A DNA stretch of 64,000 bases, taken from NCBI GenBank assembly GCA_029717555.1, contig JAMDHS010000035.1, positions 62,001-126,000 on the forward strand, written 5' to 3'. The notes beneath the pieces are model-generated. The model saw only the letters and a program-made list of their open reading frames with translations. It made no database searches and was not told the origin of the DNA. The stretch comes from Peribolospora baueri. Its lineage: Eukaryota. The translations under genes and the position numbers were made by a program. Below, in pieces: positions 40,459 to 51,552 of this stretch. Positions within the stretch are counted from its first letter, which is position 1, and each line of letters opens with the position of its first letter.

Positions 40459-41574
40459 GTGCAACCTGGTGGCCATCGAGAACGGCAGCGCCCCGTCGGA
40501 TGTTTTAGTTTCTGCCCCTGCTGGGCGTTGGCGTCCATGTTCTTTAATGACGTTCGTTCGAACATGTATGGCTATCACAAGTTGTGACGATCAGCCTCGC
40601 TTCCATAATCCAAGGACTTGTCCATCTTTATCCCAAATGGCCCACGCCAACGATTGCCGACGCCAACGTTTTACTGAGCGAACGCTACGAGATGAGAAGA
40701 GTCGGCGCCGCCTTGCGACCAATCCCCTCGCGCCTCCGCTCGAAGAGCAGGGTGCGTGACGGGACGTTCTTGCGCACAACGGACAAGCTCGCTGTGGTCA
40801 GACTGCATGTAGCACCGTCATCGCGCCTCGACGATGGTGACATTTCACAACAGGCGGACAGGAAACAGGAGGACAGAGAATGAGTGGCATACGTTACACG
40901 GGTTCGCTCGATCGTTTCGTTCCCGGGTTGTGGTGGTCTGAAGCTTGGGATGCTTGCCCTAGCCAGACGACACGAGACAACAAAGTAGGTAAGATGGCAT
41001 GACGCGCACAAATCTCATCAAGCGTAGTGCCGTGTTGCGCTCTTCCCGTTTTCGGTGATGGAAGACGACATAAAGCCACCTAAACCCGCTCTTCCCCGGC
41101 GTACCACCGACCGACTGCAGCCATATGAATCAAATCATCTCCTCGCCCAAAAAACCTCGAAACGCCGGCATCAGAGTGGCCCAGCGCGGCCTTTGTCCAT
41201 CGATGATGAGTGAGTGAAGGAAGACGAGAGTTTATCGACGCAGGAAAACAAGAAGGAGAGCGCGCGAAGATAAAGAGAATGGAAGATGGCTTCAGTTAGC
41301 ATGTTACCAGAAGAGCGCCAAATGCACGAGCACGATGAAGCCCCGCATGTACCATAGAAGAACATAGGAGCGAATAACCCCGAAAGATAACGTCCATCCA
41401 CGAACGGATCCGGTACATCTGCGGAGAGACCGCATCGCTGCCCAAGGGACAAAGGAACACTTACACCCACTAGGCCCCGTCTGACTCACCGAACGACCCA
41501 ACGAACGAGCTCGCGTATCCCCCTCACACGCGCAACAGATCCGGAGAGAGTTGGTTGCGCCCTTGCTGTCGTTG

Positions 41575-43225
41575 TCATTGTTGGGTGCCCAGTGATGACG
41601 CCGGCGGCCCTGACGGGTTTGGTACGTTTGCCAGTGGCGACGAGCTCGGGTTTGACCCGCTACCGGGAGAGCCGGAGAGGGAAAATTGACCGCGAATGGG
41701 GGTGGAGACGGACCGACGGAGGGGGCTACCGCTATAGGGGGAAGCGGGGTTAGAGCTGGTCGCAAGAATGGCTCTACGGAGCGGGGAGTCTCCTCCACTT
41801 CCGATCCCCATTGGGGAAGCTTTGCCTTTGCTCTTGTTCGGTACAGTGGGGGAGCTCTTGCTGGGTAGAGAAGGGGTGGCGGTGGAAGCCCTACGCGGTG
41901 TGCCAATGGAGAGATCGGAGGGGAAGTAAGAGGTTGGTCGATCAGGTGGCCTGGGTCGATTCTAACAGGAGGAGGAGGTAGCGAGAAAGGTAGCGGTGAG
42001 AACGTATCCCAAAAGTTTTGACGGAGGCACTCCATTCCTTTTGTCTTGGATGTCCTCCTGGCTCTTTGTTCGCGTCACGAACTCACACTTGGCGACCCCT
42101 TGAAAGACTTCCACTTTTCTCCTAGTGTTGGACCAGGCATCCCGGCAGGCAACCCGCCATTGTCGATCACGGCGCCGGCAGCGTCCGTAGCGTCGACCTT
42201 GGAAGGGAGTCGGGAAAGCTTGAAGATTGCTTCGACAACGTTGAAGAGCAAGATGAGTGTGATGGTGTTTTCTGCTTGTTCCAAGGACATGGATCAGGGA
42301 GCATGGGCACGTAGAGAGATGAGATCAGCGAAAAGAAGAGCAGTGGCACAGCCAGGGCTCCCCAACAAATGTTGAAGCGTGGTCTCACCCAGGTACCATA
42401 TCGACGGCTTGCCGAGGACGTGAGCAGTTATGCGCCGCAGGAAACTAATTAATGAGAGAGCCAAACAGGAAGTGACGATTAAGAAAAGCGCGCCCAGTTT
42501 GACTACCGGAGCCGCGGCTCGTGGTAGAAACCAGTTGACTTTTACGTCTCATCCTTGCCCATTCCCACCTCTACTTACCTATACAAGTCTGTGTATCCCA
42601 GGACGCTCCAGACGACCAGCGCCACAATGTTGGCTCTTATCCTAGTGATTAGCCGGATTCGCCCCTGCGGCGGCGGACGCGTCTTGGTCGTAGTCTTGGT
42701 CTCCGTCCGTTCCTGGTGCGATTCTTGTACCTGTGGGGATCCGACCGAGTTTCTGAAAGGAGAACCGGAAGCGGCGGCGGGAGCTGGAGCGCGAGACGCC
42801 TGCGGAGATCCGAAGGAAGCGTCCATATTTTTAAAAGGAGAGATGGAAGCAGGAGTAGGGCGCTGGTGAGGAAACCTAGTGGGTGTTGCTGGCGCAGGAG
42901 CGGGCTCCGGTGCTGCAGCAACGGCGTCGGCGGAGGGCGAGGGCGAGCCCATATCCTTGAAAGGGTTCCGAAGCGCGGACGGAGGTGTCCAGGCAGATCC
43001 TCCAGGACTGAAGCTGTCGTGGTGATGAGGTTGATGGATAGGCGTCGCGTACAGTGCTGGACTTGCCGTTTTGTCATCTACAAACCGCACGTTTCGAGCA
43101 GAGGATGGGGAAGGCTGAGCGACCGAGTCGGATTGAATGAGGTCATGTGTGCGACGACGACGCTCGAGCGGCGAGGGTGTCTCTGGCAGGCCTGCAAAGG
43201 ACGTGTCGGCCATCGTGTGCGCCAT
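41575..43225 (-). CDS. Two-TM, S/P-rich protein, possibly a Pom34/TMEM209-like nuclear pore membrane protein; about 4 exons
   Basis: Spliced core RIRANIVALVVWSVLGYTDLYSFLRRITAHVLGKPSIWYLENTITLILLFNVVEAIFKLSRL is flanked by SP/TP-rich regions, and exon phases are consistent. Family assignment is by resemblance only; the 3' end is uncertain. Confidence 0.5.
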
Positions 43226-43264
43226 AGCGTCGGGGTGTATAGACACGTCGTACGTGTCTTGACC

Positions 43265-43336
43265 CTTGAGGACAAAGGTGTCGAGGACAAAGGCCTTGAG
43301 GGCAAGGGCTTGAGGACAAGGGCTTGAGGACAAAGG
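43265..43336. repeat. 14-bp tandem minisatellite (CTTGAGGACAA(A/G)GG) x5
   Basis: cttgaggacaaagg / tcgaggacaaagg / cttgagggcaaggg / cttgaggacaaggg / cttgaggacaaagg, in the divergent promoter. Confidence 0.85.
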
Positions 43337-43389
43337 TGGACGAAGTGAGCACGCGTTAGGGCCGCTGCCGTGGATCTTCGAGAGATGAG

Positions 43390-43579
43390 CACGTGATCTG
43401 CACGTGCCAACCCCTCGAGTGGCTCTGTCAGCTGTGACCGCCGCCGCAGCCGGCCCGGGCCACGCGAGGCGGCCTTCCACGTCGACACCATCGCCCTCCA
43501 CGTCGACGTCGACTGCACATTTAAGGGGCAACGAGAGGGACTCGTCGGGACGTCCAAGTGTGCCTCACCTTCCACGTCC
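43390..43579 (+). promoter_or_regulatory. UPRE-like/ACGT-core cluster upstream of the bZIP gene
   Basis: CTTCCACGTCG (43474), CCTCCACGTCG (43495) and CTTCCACGTCC (43569), plus CACGTG at 43390 and 43401. Confidence 0.5.
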
Positions 43580-43729
43580 ACCTCATCGACCATCATGACC
43601 TGACATTGTCTCTTCTTGTCTCTTTCTTCTCCTTCATTCGCTCTCTACTTGAAACTTACACACATTCCTCCCCTTCAGTCCAGCCTCACTCTGACCCTCT
43701 CGCATATCTACTCCTCCATCCTCCTTATC

Positions 43730-45468
43730 ATGGACCAAGAAAACGACAAGACGATCAACCCGGCCACCCTCTTGATGGGTCAAGAGGAATCCGCCTCCTC
43801 TACCCCCCTTCCCTCCGCCGCGCCGTCCCCGGCGTCCTCCGCCTCTCCTCATCCCACCACCCCCGTCGCTAGACCTTCGCGAAGACCTAACAGCCCTCTC
43901 AAGCGCAAGGCCTCGGACGATGACGAGCAAGAGTCGACCACGTCGTCGAAAGGCAAAGGCAAGGCCAAGGCTCCCCTCTCCCAGATGGATCCCGCTCGCC
44001 GCGCGCGCCTCCTGGCTCGCCAAGAGCGCAACCGGCAAGCCGCACAGCGGTCGCGGAACGCGCGCAAGGCCTACTTGACGGACTTGGAGGAGAAGACTTG
44101 CGCTCTGGAGAAAGAGAACGATGACTTGCGAGGAGCGATCGCCAGGGGAGAGATGGAGAGGGCAAGTATGAACCGCGAGTTGGGCGAGACCAAGAGCCGA
44201 ATGGAAGGCCTCGAAGGGCTCCTCCGGACATTCCTCGCCGAGAGGCATTGTCTCTCGGTTGAAGCGCCGACCGCCTCTCCACATCGTCCGCCCACCCCCT
44301 CTTCGGACTCTTCATCTTCCTCTACCGTCTTTACCCTCCCACCCTTCCATCCGGTTTCCGCCCCTCTCCTCAGCCCTGCTCCGCCGCCCAGCATGATGGG
44401 GACACCGCCCTTCTTGGCCCTGCCGTCACACTCGTCTTCCATGCCTTTCGCCACCGTCACTCCTTCTCCGTTGATGTCTGCCGTACCCTCGCCTTCTTCT
44501 GCCTCTCTGTCGACTCCAGCAACATCGGCGACTCCGATCCAAGGCACGGACGACCGCACTCGCGTCTCAGCACGGGACGCGACCGTCCCCTCATTGTCAG
44601 CTCCTTCCCGCTCTCTCTTCTCTCCTCAGGAAGAGATGGACGCGGAGGTCGAGCGGGGGACGGCCCTGCAGCGGGTGCCTCTTCGTCTGGCGGTGCAGGA
44701 TCTAGGGCCGAGTCTGCTTCGACAGCAGCGGTCACGGAGGCAGTTGGACTGCGGTCGACGGCGAGCGGCGATGTCGTTTACGGCTTCAACTTCGGCGAAT
44801 TGCTCGATTTGCCCATCGTCCCTCTTCTCCACGGCTGCAACGAGCAAGATGGCGCCGGCCGTGTACCCGGCCAAAGGGAAGAACGCCGTGACGATGACGC
44901 CAGATCTCCGTTCCCGCCGTTCCCGCAGGTTCACCTTTCGGCTACGGCTCAGGCTGCCCAAGAGGCTTTTGAGGGCTTGCTGATGGGTCCCGTCATCGGC
45001 GACGGTCCAGGCGAGGGAAACGGAACTCGGCCGCCGCCGCAGGGGCAAGGTCCGGAGCAGCGGCGAGAACAAGAGGAGGACCAGGTTCGGAGTCAGAACC
45101 GGAACGAAGGTCAGGGATTTGGGACAGGTGGCGATGGCGACAGAGGCGGGGAGACGACGGTCACGATGGGCCCACGCGCCGACGTCACTGAGAACGACGG
45201 CGTCCTGGCGACGCTGAACGCCCCGCTCCCGTTGGCGACGACGACGATAACGACGGGGACGAATGGCCTATTCAATCTCGACCTCGACTTCACCATGGAC
45301 GTCGAGCTGCCGCTCCTCTGCTCCCCAGCCGACGAGGACGAGACGACGGCGGCGCTCTTCACCGCCTTCATCGACGCACCTCACGGCCAGGCGGAGCAGG
45401 ACGGAAAGGGCAAAGCGACGGACGCTTTTAGCGAATCGGTGCTCAGGGAGACCGTCGAGGCGGCCTGA
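43730..45468 (+). CDS. bZIP UPR transcription factor (Hac1/Hxl1/Cib1/XBP1-type). Unspliced form 417 aa (stop 44983); Ire1-spliced form 546 aa (stop 45468)
   Basis: Basic region and zipper RARLLARQERNRQAAQRSRNARKAYLTDLEEKTCALEKENDDLRGAI. Removing 44571-44668 puts it in frame with the acidic ORF ending at 45468. Confidence 0.85.
44571..44668 (+). other. Predicted unconventional (Ire1-cleaved) 98-nt intron within a bifurcated stem-loop
   Basis: 5' hairpin cgcgtct[CAG|CACG]ggacgcg; 3' hairpin cc[CTG|CAGC]gg. Internal stems ccgtcccc/ggggacgg and tctcttc/gaagaga; exon-exon stem gcac/gtgc. No GT-AG ends, and excision shifts the frame. Confidence 0.8.
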
Positions 45469-46347
45469 TCTCGGCCACCTCTGTTTTCATTCCTCGAGCT
45501 CGAAGGGTTTCGTTTCCTTTCCTTCACTCCCCCCACTCTCTTCATTCCCTCTCTTCCTCCAAGGCCCCTGCTTCCCTTGTTCACCTCTTCTCGACGTCGT
45601 CAAGACATTGCGCGAGTTGCTGATCGCACCCGTTGAGTGTTGATCGCCTCGAGGGATGCACATGGTGACGCTGAGAGATGGTGGATGGGGGCGCGGGATG
45701 CGGAGGGGGATGGGATGTGGGTGGTGGGTGGGGCTGAGGGCTGGAACGCTCACACCGAACGAGCCGAGATCGGCCGGCGCGCACCGCACCGGTGTTCATT
45801 CATTCGCCCGTCCGTCGTCCATCGTGCCCATGTCTTGTCGTTTACATCCCTGTGTCCCGTCTATCGTGTCTCTCTCCATCGATCCTTCCTACTTATAGTC
45901 CCGCTCTTGTCCAGTCCGTCCCGTCGATTCCTCTTCCCTCCTCACAGGACACTTTGCCTGGTGACATGTAATGGCTGTTCGATAGCGCCGGTCGATTGTC
46001 GGACAATGTAATCGAGACCGGTTACTATATGTTGTTGGCCAGCGTTTTCTAGCGGCGAGAAAGTGAAAGCACAACGCGACCGACGGGCGTCGTGGGAAGA
46101 CGGGCGAGGCTGCGGCAGGGCCGATCATCCGCGTCTTCTTCGGACCATTTCGCTCGGCCGACGAGAACGACGGACGACGAAGGTCTACCTGCCTCTTTCG
46201 CCTCGCTTGATCGTCTTCTTCGTTCGAACTTTGGCTCCTCCTCGCTCCCTCTCACCCTCCTAGAGCTTCCTCTCCGTACGGCCATCCCGCTCCGCCGCGC
46301 CTGTCGCACCGAAACCGCCGCGTCCGTAGCTCGCTCGCTCGTTCGAT

Positions 46348-47302
46348 ATGCCCGACTTCACGTCCTCCCTCCCCGGCTTCGGCTCCTCTTCCTCCGGAAG
46401 CGGCTCGAGCGCGACGTTGACGCAGGAACAGAAGAAGGAGGCGATTATCAGCCAGGTTCGGAACGAGCTGGCGATGGCGAATGCGCAGTGAGCTTGTTTG
46501 GCTTTTTTTTTCCGTTTTCGGTTTTCGTTCGTTTGGTCGGAGGAGTTTGGGGGGTCGGCGATGATGATGGCGGGGAAAGGAGGTCGGCAGATAGGTTTAC
46601 GGTGAAATGGTGGTGAACCTGACCTTCCTGGCCGTCCATTCTTTTTTTTTCATTCGCTCGCTCGCATCGAAAGGGAGCTCATCAACGTGAGTCAAATCGA
46701 GCCCGGTCGAGTGGTTCGCCGGCGGACAGGGAAGGAGGGGGAGAAGAGAATCTAAAGGGTGTGGACATAGCTGACAGCCGTGGTCTCTCTCTACGTCCTT
46801 CCGCTTCACTCGCGGTCGCTGCAGAAAATGAACGAGAAATGCGTGAGTATAGGAGGAGAAAGCGAAAGTTGGGCGCGTGCCAACGAACGAACGCGGCGGG
46901 TCTCACGCTCGCCTCCCTCGTGCTCTTGGCCAATGTGCAGTACGAAAAATGCATCACCAGTCCTGGGACGGCGCTGTCTAGCAAGGAGCAGGTGAGTGGG
47001 CCGCTTAGGAGGAGGCCGGACGCGTGTGGGGCTTGCTAGACTGTGTCTCGACGGCTTGCTCATGCGTTTGGCTCTGTCGTCTCGGAACAGACGTGCCTGA
47101 GCCGATGCATGGACCGGTACCTGGAAGCTTGTGGGTAGCGCGACTGGGTGTCATCTCGGCTGGTCGAAGGCGGCGCTAACCGTCGGTCGTTTTAACTTTG
47201 TTTTCTTTTGGGACGGTGTTAGTTAACATTGTCTCGCGTGCGTACGTCGCTCGGGTGGGCAAGGAACGGGGATCGATGGCGGACGCGTCGTTGACGGCCT
47301 AG
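46348..47302 (+). CDS. TIM13: Mitochondrial intermembrane-space small Tim chaperone Tim13; 6 exons (46348-46487, 46674-46686, 46825-46842, 46941-46991, 47091-47130, 47223-47302)
   Basis: Spliced: ...KKEAIISQVRNELAMANAQELINKMNEKCYEKCITSPGTALSSKEQTCLSRCMDRYLEAFNIVSRAYVARV..., with twin CX3C motifs. All junctions are GT-AG and phase-consistent. Confidence 0.93.
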
Positions 47303-47365
47303 CCGGGGAGGGGCGATAGACGGGGAGACGATGGTATCTAGGGTGGGAGCGGCGGTGAATGGAAC

Positions 47366-47457
47366 GAAGACGAGCGAATCACCCCTCTCTGAAAGACGAG
47401 TGAATCCCCCCTCTCTCGAAGACGAGCGAATCACCCGTCTCTCGAAGACGAGTGAAT
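47366..47457. repeat. ~26-bp tandem minisatellite x3.5 downstream of TIM13
   Basis: The unit gaagacgag(c/t)gaatc(a/c)ccc(c/g)tctctc is repeated head-to-tail. Confidence 0.85.
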
Positions 47458-49544
47458 GACTGTTTACGAGGTCTGGCGTGCGAGCGAGATTGCGAGCGAG
47501 ATGGATGGGAGGTCCACTGTCCTTGTCCGTCCGTCCATCTGGGGTGACGAGCGTAAAGAGAAAGAAAAAAAGAAATCACCGGTTGCGGCTGGGAGGGAGT
47601 GTGTGGGTGTATGAAAGAGCGAATCCCTTTGTCTCCGGAGGTGTGATCCGTCGAGTCCTTGCTTGCTTATTCTCTCCGGACCGGACCGCCGGTGTGTCAG
47701 TTTGAATCGGTTCTGTTCGGTTTTAACGATGGCGATGGGCGATGGGCGATGGTAAAGTGGATCGGGGGTAGTGGGACGATGCATGCGCCCGTTCCTACAT
47801 GCGCATACACATAAACCTACATACATAAGCCCGGTAGGGTAGTGTACTGTAGAAAAGTTCTAGTGAAGAGGAAAAGGGAGAACAGAAAAAGAAAATAAAA
47901 ATAAAAAAAGGAGAAGGAGAGGAGGTGAGGTGAGGTGGAGGACGGGCCGTGGGATGGGATGGGATGGGATGGGATGCGGTCGGTATGCAGGTGCGCGTTG
48001 GCGGGCGTGAGTAGATGGGGGGACTTGGAATGAATGGATGAATGAATGAAATGAATGGATAGACGGGGACGCGGCCTGGGACGGGGACGAGCGGGGAACG
48101 ACGGAGGGAGGCGGCGGTGAGTAGCCAGTCAAGCCAAAGCCAAAGCCAAAGCGAGACTGGCCGCAGCAGCTGCGGATGGGGGCCCATGTGACATGTGGCA
48201 TGCCGGCTCGGGTGGCGCTGGACGAGGGAGACACGACTACGAGGCGACCTCGAGGCGATGACGACAACGACAACGACATGCGATCGATGTATTTGCTGCG
48301 CTCGCTCGCTGGCCGGCTCTGCTTTCGCTTTGCCCTGCCTTGCCTGTGCCGTTGCTTGACCGCCGTTCTCGCCGTCCGGCGATCCGGTCCGGTCTGTGCA
48401 AGGCAGAAGAGGGCGGCGGCGGCGGGGACGTGGATGGGTGGATGCCGGCCGGCCACCGGGACCGAACTGAGATGAGATTTGATCTCGCCCGGGCCGGATA
48501 TTTACTGATGATTCCACAACGGTCGTGGCACCATCAGTCTAGTCGTCTCATCTAGTCCGGCGCCGCCGTGGCCGCCGTGTTCCGTGTTCTTGTGTCTCGT
48601 GTCTTGTGCCCTGACGCGATGCTCCTTTGTCCCATCTGCTCCCGGGCAGACGGTGAGGTGGGGTAAGCAAGGAGGCAGGTGGACAGTAGGACGAGCGGAA
48701 TTGCTTGCAGGCCTCGTTGTCGCTCGCTCGCTCCCTCCGATCAGATCCAATCCACGCAGCCGCCGCGCACTCCGGCGGGGCCCAGGTACGCGGAGCGGAT
48801 GCGCATGCGGGTAGTACGCTGTCTTTGACTGTCTCAGGCGAAGGCGGGCGTAGGTGGCCGGATTTGGGCTCGGCTGGAGTGGAGATGGTGGGCATTGGAT
48901 CGGTGGCTTAGCGCGGGGTTAGTTAGTTAGGGTTAGGGCGCCGGCGATCCTGTCTCGTGCAGTCCGTCGTCGTGTGCCATGTGAGAGGGCGGGGAGAGGC
49001 AAGGCGCAAGGCGGGGCGAGACTGACTACCGCAGCAACAACTACCAGCCAAAGCCAGCTGACCTCGCTGCGCTGCCGCTGCCCTCTGGACTTGGCTCGGC
49101 TGAGCTGAGCGAGTTTTCGTTTGCGTCGGCCAGCCGTCGTCCATCGTACCACTCGCTCACTGACCTCGACGAGGAGGAGCGAGGAACGGAGACGAGGACG
49201 AGGAGGAACAACGAAAATCGAAAATCGAACAACGAAGGCGAACAACGAACAACAACAACGAACGGCGGGCGTACGCTTGCGTCGTCGTCGTCGTGCCCGG
49301 TCTCCTCCTCCTCCTCTTCGGCCTCGCCTCTTTCCTCCCGTCCCTGCCTTTTCCTTCCGCCCTCTCCTCATCACTTCACTCTCCCCCGCGTGGGCCCCCG
49401 CTCTCCCTACTTAAGCCCCGCCCACGCCTAACGCCCTCTTCCTCCTCCCTCGCCGCCTGTTCCTCGACGACCCCCTTCCTCCTCCTCCCTATCCCCCTCC
49501 CCCTCCCCCTCCCTCTCTGCCCTCACCCCCACCACGAACCCATC

Positions 49545-51249
49545 ATGGGGTTCCAAATCGTCAACCCGTATGCGCTCGCAGCGCTCTCCACCATCGGGTT
49601 CGTAGCCCTCGCTCGCCATCACCAACGCAGACCAGACCGCATGCTCACCTCACCCTCTCTCCCCCCACAGAGGCATGCTCTTCGGTTTCGACGTAGCCTC
49701 CATGTCCGCCATCATCGCCTCCCCCAACTACCTCCAATACTTCGGTCATTCCCCCTCCGGCCCCTCAAGCTCCGTCCAGGGTGGCATCACCGCCAGCATG
49801 GCCGGCGGCTCCTGGGTCGGCGCCCTCGTCTCCGGCATCCTCTCCGACTGGATCGGCCGTAGGCCCGCCATCCAGATCTCCTGCGTCATCTGGATCATCG
49901 GCTCGATCATCGTCTGCGCCTCCCAGAACATCGGCATGCTCGTCGTCGGTCGCTTCATCAACGGCCTCACCGTCGGCATCGCCTCCGCTCAGGTCCCCGT
50001 CTACCTCTCCGAACTCGCCCCCTCCAAGCTCCGCGGCCGTCTCGTCGGCGCCCAGCAGTGGGCCATCACCTGGGGCATCCTCATCTTCTACTACGTCTCC
50101 TACGGCTGCTCCTTCATCACGCCCAACGACGGCACCGGCACCGCCAGCTTCCGCGTCCCCTGGGGCCTCCAGATGATCCCCGGCATCATCCTCCTCTTCG
50201 CCCTCTTCTTCATGCCCCGCTCCCCGCGTTGGCTCGCAAAGAAGGGCCGCTGGGAGGAGTGTCTCGCCGTCCTCGCCGTCGTCCACGGCAAAGGCGACGT
50301 CGACAACCCTTTCGTTCAGGCCGAGTTTAAGGAGATTCAGATCGCCATCGAGGAAGAGTCCAAAGACGGCTCCGGCTGGATCGACCTCGTCAACACGCCC
50401 AACATGCTCAACCGCCTCCACATCGGCGTCTTCACCCAGATCTGGTCCCAGATGACCGGCATGAACGTCATGATGTATTACATTACCTACGTCTTTGAGA
50501 TGGCCGGCCTTACCGGCAACATCAACGTTGTCTCCTCCTCCATCCAGTACGTCATCAACGTCGTCATGACCGTCCCCGCCCTCCTCTGGGTCGACAAGTG
50601 GGGCCGTCGTCCCACCCTCCTCGTCGGTTCCACGTTCATGATGATCTGGCTCTTCACCGTCGCCGGTCTCATGGCCGCCCACGGCCACTACGCCCCCGCC
50701 GGCACGCTCCCCAACCAGCCCGACGCGGTCCGCTGGTCCGTCCACGGCACTGCGTCCAAGGGCATCATCGCCTGCTCTTTCCTCTTTGTTGCCTCCTTCG
50801 CTCCCACCTGGGGTCCCGTCTCGTGGATCTACCCGCCGGAGCTCTACCCGACCCGCATCCGCGGCAAGGCCGTCGCGGTGACCACGTCAGCCAACTGGAT
50901 CTTCAACTTTGCCCTCGGCTATTTCGTTCCGCCTTCGTTCCACAACATCCAGTGGCGCTCCTACCTCATTTTCGGTTGCTTCTGCTTCGCCATGACCGTC
51001 CACGTCTTTTTCTGCTTCCCAGAGACAAAGGGAAAGACGTTGGAGGAGATTGAAGAGTTCTTTGCTCTCGGTGTTCCCGCTTGGAAGACGCGCGGCTTGA
51101 CGAAGGAGAGCGAGCTCGATAAGATTGCTGCCGATATTGCGCGCGGGGACGCCGCGGCCGCTGAGAGGCACTTTGCGGCTCGGAGGGGCGGCGCTGCCGC
51201 CGCTGGCGGTGTGGAGAAGCAGCAGGAGGAGAAGCTGGAGCAGGCCTAG
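49545..51249 (+). CDS. Sugar porter (MFS), high-affinity glucose transporter Hgt1-like; 2 exons (intron 49598-49670)
   Basis: STIG|GMLFGFDVASMS, SDWIGRR, VYLSELAPSKLRGRLV, QQWAITWGI, PRSPRWL, QMTGMNVMMYY, DKWGRR, WGPVSWIYPPE and PETKGKTLEE. Strong C-ending codon bias. Confidence 0.96.
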
Positions 51250-51552
51250 GTCGTTGTCTCTTTTTCGATTTTTTTTAATGTCTTTTCGTTTCAATACGTC
51301 ACGTCACGTCACGACACGACCGATCTGTCCGTCATGGTCCTGTAAATCGTACAGTACCCTTTCTACCCTGCCCTGCCCTCGCCTTGCCTCGCCTTTATTG
51401 CCTTGCGACGCAGCCGGTGCGCCGCTTTGAAATCCCCATCTCGTCGTTTCCCGGCGAGTATCAATTGTGCGCGTAGTCTAGTCTAGTCTAGTCTACACAC
51501 GGTACACGGCCCTGGGGCAGAAAGACGAGATGCGGTGGGCCATCGGATCGCT

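Noticed and set aside
44611..44629. Polypyrimidine tract plus CAG as a spliceosomal acceptor in the bZIP gene
   Set aside because: There is no convincing GTRAG-type donor or branch site upstream, and the tract is explained by pairing in the intron hairpin. It remains the alternative hypothesis to test.
47366..47457. ~26-bp repeats as a CRISPR-like array
   Set aside because: The units are contiguous with no unique spacers, there are no cas genes, and the context is eukaryotic; this is a simple minisatellite.
48916..48938. TTAGGG repeats as a telomere or chromosome fusion scar
   Set aside because: Only two perfect units, with no subtelomeric features nearby.
49765..50745. 326-aa antisense ORF, and similar long antisense ORFs over SPE3-LYS9 and ADH
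   Set aside because: These are shadows of strong C-ending codon bias in the sense genes, with no recognisable motifs.
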